From Octopus vulgaris (Eukaryota), in NCBI GenBank assembly GCA_951406725.2, contig OX597827.1, positions 33,480,001-33,544,000 on the forward strand: 64,000 nucleotides of DNA, given 5' to 3'. The notes beneath the pieces were generated by a model that saw nothing but the letters and a program-made list of their open reading frames with translations, was not told the origin of the DNA and made no database searches. This document shows, piece by piece, positions 63,291 through 64,000 of the stretch. A program made the translations under genes and the position numbers. The stretch's first letter is position 1; every line of letters begins with the position of its first letter.

Positions 63291-63698
63291 CGAAAGATCG
63301 TAAAAAATAGGGATTTTCATAGAAAAAATGCACCTTTTTGATGTAAATAATTTTTGGTATTAACATGGTCCGATTTGAATTTAGGGTTAGGGTTAGAGGT
63401 GGGGGGAAGGGTATCTTTTTTCTTCACAAATGTAAATAAGCCCAATCTGTTTCTTAAACGAGGGACATATTCACACGGTACAGAATGTTTTGTTTACCTC
63501 AATGGACGTCATTGATTGGTTGAAATTGCAGAAATTGAAGAAAAAAAACAACAAATATCTTACAAACTATAGAATTTTCTCAATAAAGCCAAGAGAAAAA
63601 GATGTTTTATAAACACATTCTACCAGTATACGAAGTTTAAAATTTTTTTAGTTACCTAGAAATTATGTTAAAAACTGCCGTTCAAACCGAAAAGATCC
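63291..63698. mobile_element. Unclassified ~400 bp element with internal TTAGGG repeats
   Basis: Bounded by CGAAAGATC / CGAAAAGATC; TTAGGGTTAGGGTTAGAG at 63381-63398. Confidence 0.45.
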
Positions 63699-63715
63699 TG
63701 CAATTTCGATGTCTA

Positions 63716-63975
63716 ATCCATGCCAGCATGGAAAACGGATTTTAAATGATGTTGACGATATATTTCTATACATATGTACTTGCACACACACACACTGTAA
63801 AGTGGTTAGTATTAGGAAGGGTATCCAGCTGTACAAACCATGCCAAAACAATAGAACCTACTGCAGCGTCTGACCTCACCAGCTCTTGTCAAACGGTCCA
63901 ATCCATGCCAGCATGGAAAACGGATTTTAAATGATGTTGACGATATATTTCTATACATATGTACTTGCATACACA
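63716..63975 (+). repeat. Local direct duplication (period 185 bp) of an RTE tail plus flank
   Basis: ATCCATGCCAGCATGGAAAACGG...GTACTTGCA identical at 63716 and 63901. Confidence 0.85.
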
Positions 63976-64000
63976 CACACGCGCGCGCATGAGTGTATGT

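Noticed and set aside
63076-63341. His/Pro/Ser-rich ORFs
   Set aside because: Produced by degenerate trinucleotide repeats in all three frames
63381-63398. Telomere or chromosome fusion scar
   Set aside because: Fewer than three hexamers, one orientation, inside a putative dispersed element

Overview
AT-rich, microsatellite- and transposon-dense eukaryotic DNA. The repeat families (tRNA-derived SINEs, RTE LINEs with (GAT)n tails, many (TA)n/(CA)n tracts) suggest a coleoid cephalopod such as Octopus; this is inferred, not proven. One intact host coding region is visible: a 490-aa C2H2 zinc-finger ORF (27385-28857, +) in a ~5 kb nearly TE-free island. The rest is mostly decayed mobile DNA: RTE, CR1/L2-like and L1/Tx1-like LINEs, Tc1 (DD34E), mariner (DD34D), maT (DD37D), hAT, MITEs, Helitrons, a Helentron-type HINE and several SINE families. 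Three observations stand out. (1) Several short, mostly palindromic, TA-embedded elements carry minimal type-I hammerhead ribozyme motifs, one with the compensated U3-A8 core in both arms. (2) The zinc-finger recognition helices alternate so that the canonical code predicts a (GA)n target. (3) A young 1.9 kb foldback element has ~600 bp modular TIRs, GG...CC ends, an 8-bp TSD and apparently captured host DNA, and lies just upstream of a strong splice acceptor. Most ORFs in the supplied track are microsatellite or antisense artefacts.
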